NCBI GenBank assembly: GCA_010015805.1
Contig: ML978123.1
Span: forward strand, 992,001-1,056,000
Direction: 5' to 3'
DNA length: 64,000 bases
Source of the DNA: Rhizodiscina lignyota
Lineage: Eukaryota
Shown: in pieces, positions 57,370-64,000 of the stretch
Layout: each line of letters begins with the position of its first letter
Numbering within the stretch: the first letter of the stretch is position 1
Translations under genes and position numbers: made by a program
The notes under the pieces: model-generated
What the model saw: only the letters and a program-made list of their open reading frames with translations
Told to the model about the DNA's origin: nothing
The model's database searches: none

Positions 57370-60300
57370 GCTCTTGCGTGCCAGATGGATGTTCACTTTG
57401 ACAGTCAAGCCAACCCTGCTTCCTGTCCCCTTCTTTGGGCCAGCCCGGCCACATCCAGGTCGAAGACATAACAGTATTGAGAGGAAAAGTAAGAAGGCGA
57501 TGCGGACCGAGTAGTCGGGCGACCCATAGAACATGTTGAGTAGCACTGCACTGGCGGCAGTTGCACTTCGCTTTGATAATTTTCGTTTTGAACTCGGGCA
57601 AATGGGCTTGCTGGACAAGCTTCTAGTATCTCCCGCATTGTATTCGGTCAATATGTGGCCAAACTAATTTCATGTCTCTCTGAAGCTTTGGGACGGTGTC
57701 CAATAACAGTATGTATCCTTCGCGTAGAACCGTTTGCCTGCTGGGCTGAGAACACGGCAATGTCCTCGAATTCTGTGGAAGATTCCCGTTAGGTTGTTTT
57801 CGTGGCGAATGATTTCAAACTAGTCTCCTGGGCGTTTCCCTTTCATCGCAAGGACGGCGCACATATTCCCATTATCAGCCAAGGTTGAAGACTATCGGAG
57901 CTGCCACTCTTCTGGCCAGATTTACGCTTCTTCCTCGGAGGCGGCCGCTCCCATCGGAACTTGTGCGATCCTCGACGAGCGATTCTGACGGTGGCGATGG
58001 GGCAATGATAGAAGGATCACTTGAGAACACTACGACTTTTAGCTGTGGCGCCTAGCTGCTCGACGAGATGAAATTCCTGACACAACTTGAGAAGAACGAA
58101 AGTGGTGGAAAGCAAACAGATATATCGAAGACAACCAGATAGGCTGAGGATCGGACAAAGATCGAAGTTGTCCAACATTTGGGAGCCAGGTGATGAAGTT
58201 ACCCAACCGAAAGTTCCCAGGCTGAAGCTTGGTCCTGAAAGGCCGGACAAATGGTTGTGACGGGAGGCACGGGGGTTGCTATTGTAGGCTCGCGGTTGAA
58301 CATGTCCCTCGCGAACAATAAAGTTCCACAATGATATTCGATCAGCCAATGGGTGGATTGTATTCACAAGTTCTTTCAATCGGTAGAATGCTGGTTTTGA
58401 GAACACAAACTCAAGAGCCGTGAATGCGCACTTGCTAGCTTCAGGTAGTGGAGCTACAATCCTGGTGTTGAGGTTATGCTGTTAGCCATTCTGGCATGAT
58501 AGTTAAATGTAAAGACTCCAATGGATACACAATTCCGCACTGGACTGGGTGCATTGTAGATTTAAGCATGAAAAGGCTTAACATGATATCAAGAACAAAA
58601 CACAAATCCTTGGTGGCATTCCAACTGTCTAAGGAGTAGAAGCAGTAACGATTCCGAGCTGGAAGCACGAGGAGTCCTTGGAGGCTCTAAAGACCTGGAA
58701 ATGGCTTATCGTAGGTGTGAGGATCCTAACACTAGTGTGCACCAATCTCCATGAGGAATATAACCGTCGTGGATGGAATGTCTCGTCAATCAGTCGATCT
58801 GCATGCCAAAACCAGGCGATGGAAGTGTCCCCATATGTTTGTTGATATGGAAAGTGGGCCGCGCCAGAAGGTTTAGAACGATGGATCCTTTCATCTCCCT
58901 GGCGCGTCTGCGCAAGATGCGGACAGCAACTGGATCCCGCTGTTTGAGGGTGGTGAAGGACCGAAAGATAGCTGATTGAGCAAAACAAAATGCGGAAAAT
59001 GTTGTACAGAAGTACATACAGATATTGAAAGTTTGATCATTAAGCGAGAGGCGAATAGCGACTTTGAATGGCATATTGGCAAGATGGGAGCTTTCAGACC
59101 AAAAAGCCGTCCGGAGTAGTTTGCTACTAGTAGACATTTCGAGCCATTCGATCACCGCAATCCTTCCGTTCAGAGCAGTCCGTGACTTGGAATATGCGAA
59201 ATGAAATGTGACGAAAGAGGCAACTGAGCCAATACGAAGCGCCAGGTGGCCGTGCACCCTACTGACTTCCCAGTTGCCCTCCTTAATTCCGCGAATTATT
59301 AGTGGAGGAGGCAGTCCTGTCAATGATTGTCATAAAATTGTGTCTACCATCTCCTTTCACGAGTCAAGTAGTAGCGCTTAGGACAGCATCCAGCAGCAAC
59401 AACGGAGATTCTCTGCTTCTGGAAGAACCATGAAATTGCCAAGGTGAGTCGAAATTGCGCATTTGCGCTGGCAGTGTGCTCCCAGAGGATTCGGCGATGG
59501 CTTGACAGCTCTGACGTGCTGGCGGCCTTGGTCGCAAAGACCCCGAATGAGGTTGTTTGCTGAAACACATCGTCCCTTTGAAACAGCGACTTCGGGGCAG
59601 CGCGCGTTGATTAACGAATCATAGAGCACTTGGCATGCTAGTGGTAAAGCCTCCTTTTGCCGACCCGAGATCGGGGCTGGAGAAGGGTGGAGTGCCGATG
59701 GAGTAAGGAGGCCTTCAACGTTGTGGTTGTTCTGCGGCGGTGCGCCGTGGTGCAGCGGAAGTGTCGCAGCGGAGTGCCCCTGAGGAGGCCAGGAGGAGGC
59801 GGTCTCTTGGCGGCAACGGTGCAGAGTCATGATCCGCCACAGGACAATTTCGCAGAGCGAGGCTGTGAGCGTGTCTTCCATGGGGACATGACGAGCACGC
59901 GCGCCGTCGTCGCGACTATTCCTGCTCCTTCTAGAAGGGCGACGGGACAAAGCGCGCATAGCAGCGAGTTAAATGAACATCATATTAGCCCACACGTCCA
60001 GTGAGCGGGCAGCGTGGGAGAGGTGCGGTTCGCTGGGCTGCAACGTGACCGCTTCATCTCCGAAGCGAGCGCTGCAACACGAGAGCGCGCTGCCTCTTCA
60101 CCTGTCAATCAGGGGAGGGCCTGGGAGGCCGGCCAACTACCCCCAATTGCGAGCCGTTAAACACTGATCAACTGGCCGGACCCGGTACCTGCGCTAGCGT
60201 GGCAGGGGTAGCTCGGGCGCCGCAATGCAGCACTTGACCTCCCGCCTGCTTGACGGCGGACACCAGCGCGGCGGCAACAAAGACGAGAGGCAAATTAGCT

Positions 60301-60629
60301 TGTGTGCGCTTGCACAATTTTAGCGTGAGGGCGTGCGCCGGCCTAAAGCTACTTTTTCGCGTCTGTGCCATGCGAAGCGCCTGCGACTGGGGAACACGGC
60401 GCAGAGCCAATTTCCCCAGCGCATCGTACAAATAACCCGCCCACCGTAAGACACGCTCTTCTTTCTCTTTCACCATCTTCTTCTGCTTCCATCTGCTGTC
60501 TAGCCTCTCTTTGACTTCGGTCGTCCACTCGTTACAACTAATACCCGCTCGAACAACTCGACGTCTTTCATTAATCACCAACCAAAACCCAACACTCAAA
60601 CACCAACCGCATAAACAAACTCAGTCAAA

Positions 60630-61441
60630 ATGCGCACTACATTCGTCGCTCTCTTCGCCGCTGGCGCCATGGCCGCCGTCTACCAGCCATACGGTGGCGA
60701 AAGCACCGTGACCGCAACTGCCGTACGTTTAGATCTGCTTTTAGTTTGACTTGCACTTATGCTAACATGCAATAGGAGGTCACCATCACCTCGTGCGGCC
60801 CAGAGGTCACCAACTGCCCGGCAAAGAAGACCACTTCTGCTGCCCCGGTCTACGAGACTCCATCGACCAGCTGCACCGAGTCGACGACCACCCCCAGCGC
60901 CATCCCAGAGAGCTACAGCGTTCCTGCCGCGCCTGTGTCTTCCTCTTCCGCATGGGTCTATGTCAGCTCTTCTGAGACCCCGAGCAGCGCTCCGGCCACC
61001 TACTCTTCCCCCGCTGCCCCAGTTGTTCCATCATCGAAGCCGGCTGCTCCCCCAGCCTACTCTTCCCCGGCTGCACCAGTCTACAGCTCCCCAGCTGCCC
61101 CAGCTTCTCCTTCTGCCCCGGCTGCGCCGTCTGTCGGCTACACTAGCCCGGCTTCGCCCGTGTACAGCTCCCCATCTGCCCCTGCATACTCTGCTCCGGC
61201 TGCTCCGGGTGCCCCAGCCCCAAGCGCTGGCTACTCTTCCCCCGTTGCTCCGGTCTATGGCAGCACCAGCGCTGCTCCTTACCCAATCGGCACTGGCTCT
61301 CCCTCCACCTGGGCCACCGGCTCGGTCAGCTACAAGCCAACCAGCACCAACAGCCCCGTCGAGTTCACTGGCGCTGCCAACGCTCTCAACGCCGCTGCTG
61401 GCTTCGGTGCCATCGGTGCTGCTTTCGCTCTCCTCATCTAA
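60630..61441 (+). CDS. GPI-anchored Ser/Pro/Ala-rich cell-wall protein (252 aa)
   Basis: Signal MRTTFVALFAAGAMA, intron 60723-60775, VTITSCGPEVTNCP motif, YSSPAAP repeats, GPI signal EFTGAANALNAAAGFGAIGAAFALLI*. Confidence 0.88.
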
Positions 61442-62744
61442 GCGTCTCCATCTCACCATCGGTACAAATGCCCTGCGCCAGCGTCTCTTTCGTCGGCGTC
61501 GGAGCATTGCTACTCATTGCATCTGCATACGGCCTGGCGCAGGTGGTTGATATGACGACTCGCTTATTTTCATGACGGAGGGGCTATGATGGTCTGCGAC
61601 TGTCCTTCAATCGCGAATTGTTTTCTGTGTTCAATGCTTAACGTGCGTTCATACCACCCTCGACAGCTGTTGACTTGTCGGTCATAGCTGAGGGACTCAT
61701 GCATGGTGTGTAATTGGTAATGGAGGGGTTTGTGCTTGGTGTAGCAGAAGAAATAAAAAGCTTTCGAGCAAATTACATTCTTTTGGCCATCTCTTGCGTG
61801 ACTTGTGTACATCTCGTGAAGCCTCGTGATTTATAACACAGCTCGTTTTTGCGACTTTTCTCTTTCTATGTGGGACATGGATCTGTGCATCCGGCCAATG
61901 GCCAAAACGTCCCTGCTGATTGCTCAATACTCACGTTCCTTGGGTGGAGCTTTGGGTACGTCTATCTATTGATGACCATCTGTAGTCTCCCCTGCTCCTC
62001 AGCAAACAGATGCCTTCCAACACGTAAGTTGTGGCACTGAAAGTATGCCGGAGAGGCCGTTTCACTGCTTGCACTGGCATCAGGCGCAGTTTATGACCAT
62101 CTGCTCGGGAAGTTTCCTTGCATCGACGGGACTACCGAATCTAAGCCCAGGGCGTCGCACCGATTAAGTTGATTCTGGTTAACCACGTGGAGTTCATCCA
62201 CGTTTAAGTCAATATGGTGACAATGACATTGTGGATTTTAATTTCATTTACTCTAGGGGATCAAATCTCTCTTCGCCGAGAAGCTGTGTGACAACCGAAG
62301 CCCAAACGAGCAGCAGACGAACTTTCCCATCCTCTGCCCCGACTGCACTCCTTTCACCACTTCAGGACTTGTGCAGTGCTGTATTTCATCTTTCCCAGGC
62401 TTCCACAGCTCTCATTTATCTTTGCGACCAGGCTTCGAAAGCGAAACTCGTCCAATCTTTTCATCAGGATTAAGCACACAGCAGTCCTTACCTCCGAGGC
62501 TGCTGTATTCAAACTGGCACAGCATGGTCGATATCAGTCTCCTGCGTCTGTTATCTGCAAGGTACATCCTCCGCGACAATGGGCTGCCCGAGACAATAGA
62601 GACAGTATCTGCTTCAAGGCCATTCTAGCCTAACAAAGAGAGAGGTTGATGGAGACTCAATGACTTTTTGTGATCCTCAACGCGATGTACATACAAGTAT
62701 TGTGTAACCAGTATATCCGCACCATGCATCCGCTTTGACACAGC

Positions 62745-63611
62745 TTACCAGTTCATAGCTTTCTCAACCGCGCTGACCATGGCCATATATCCATCCGCAG
62801 TCGGATGCATCAGCGCTGTTCCCGCGACACTTTCGTCCGTCTGGAAATACAACTCGCCGCTGTCACACAGCCGGTGTCCCTGGAACGCAGCGTCGATGTC
62901 CGCATATGCAATCGCGTTATTTGTGGCCGCTGTTTTGATAATGTTGTTCAGCCCAACGACAGACTGGTTGATCTTGTCGGCCATCTTGCCGCTGCCTAAA
63001 GGTATATCTGGGAACGTGGTCGGACAATTCTTTGGGTTCCCATTGATGTTGTATGGCGTGGCGTAGCCGGTGATGACGATGTGCCTCGCCTTTCCAACAG
63101 GAGGGTTGACCGATTTGGCCGCGGCGATCATGTTGTCCAGCCTCGTGTGTATCGTGCTTTCAATAGACGGAGAGGTCTGCGAAATGAATTCGTTGCACAG
63201 CGCAGTGTATGCGGTCGTGTTGAGCAATCCCGCCGCAAGAATGCAGTCTTCAACCAATTGAGACACATACCCCATATCGTTGCCACCTCCATCGATAGTG
63301 ATGAAATCCGGACGACCAAAGTCGGGCGATTGCGTTTGTTCCTCTATCTGTGTCGTGTTTGTCCCTCCGCACGCAAGGAACTGGAATGTGCTACCTTTCG
63401 AGGCGAACTTCTGGTTGAGCTGGAAGGGATACGATGCCATGGTGCGAGCACAATCGGGACCAGCGCTGCCATCGATCTTGTACGGTCCAGCGCCTGAAGC
63501 CCATGAGTCGCCAAGCGCAGAGAAGGATGTGTATTTCGCGGACGTGGATACTGCGACGCTCTTCACGCCAAGCACCAGGATACTGAATATGAGAAACGAA
63601 GGAATGATCAT
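62745..63611 (-). CDS. Secreted SGNH/GDSL hydrolase (SEST-like esterase/lipase)
   Basis: Signal peptide, block I ALGDSWASG, block II FLACGG, block III TIDGGGND, FQGHRLC, block V LMHPTADGY. Intronless. Confidence 0.9.
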   Translation of the reverse strand: MIIPSFLIFSILVLGVKSVAVSTSAKYTSFSALGDSWASGAGPYKIDGSAGPDCARTMASYPFQLNQKFASKGSTFQFLACGGTNTTQIEEQTQSPDFGRPDFITIDGGGNDMGYVSQLVEDCILAAGLLNTTAYTALCNEFISQTSPSIESTIHTRLDNMIAAAKSVNPPVGKARHIVITGYATPYNINGNPKNCPTTFPDIPLGSGKMADKINQSVVGLNNIIKTAATNNAIAYADIDAAFQGHRLCDSGELYFQTDESVAGTALMHPTADGYMAMVSAVEKAMNW

Positions 63612-64000
63612 TTTGAAACGAATGGCTTAAATGGACGACTAGATGCGAAATTGCTTGATTGAATGAAGGAACTTAGCGCGATATCATAAATGAAAAACGG
63701 TTCGAAGGCCTAAGACATGGTCATATAAAAAGGTCAGAGCAAATGTCTGCCACCTACCTGGTCTTCGGAAGCGATTAGGGAATCTCCATGACCTGCCGCT
63801 CGCTTGCATGCAAGAATCTGAGCACAGGCGGATAGCCTCTACCAGATCATGGCAAAGGTCGCGAGAGCTTGTGTAATTGAGGTGGTTGTTGAATGTTTGA
63901 GCTCATCTCGCATCCGTGATTCCCTGTTTCGAGCGAAATTCTGATTGGGGGTCGTGTAACTTGCATGCCCGATTCCTGCATCCAACGCTGCACCTCTGCT

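Noticed and set aside
61850..62630. Splice-like signals (GTACGT 61957, GTAAGT 62024) and a ~120-codon open frame
   Set aside because: I could not assemble a coherent gene (the first intron would be only ~29 nt) or recognise a family. It needs BLASTx.
1..64000. tRNA, rRNA, CRISPR arrays, transposases/LTRs, Starship captain
   Set aside because: None recognised by eye: no T-loop/cloverleaf, spacer array, terminal repeats, RT/transposase or tyrosine-recombinase motifs. Small ncRNAs could be missed without Infernal or tRNAscan.

Overview
Gene-dense (~50% GC) chromosomal segment of a filamentous ascomycete (Pezizomycotina), judged from short GT-AG introns with CTRAC-type branch points and recognisable fungal orthologues. 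I can support about 27 protein-coding genes or gene remnants. Core genes: EMW1-like 3' end, EFG1, SEA4/MIOS, METTL16-like, het-c2/GLTP, IMP2-like, SPF1, GLN4, LSM4. Carbohydrate and metabolic genes: GH3 beta-glucosidase, tartrate dehydrogenase-like, a gaaC-MFS-gaaA galacturonate cluster, SGNH esterase. An accessory-looking block lies at 20.5-28.5 kb. Best leads: (1) a divergent pair of an HSPA12-type Hsp70-like ATPase and a single-pass membrane protein whose cytosolic domain may be GrpE/MIEAP-like, followed by a HeLo/SesA-like N-terminal-domain gene, possibly a signalling or non-self module; (2) an internally deleted NLR-like pseudogene next to het-c2; (3) a rearranged galacturonate cluster with a transporter between gaaA and gaaC; (4) a class IV sirtuin with a YEATS-like tail; (5) an intronless bacterial-type flavin monooxygenase. 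I found no tRNA, rRNA, CRISPR array or intact transposon. All family calls come from recalled motifs, not database searches.
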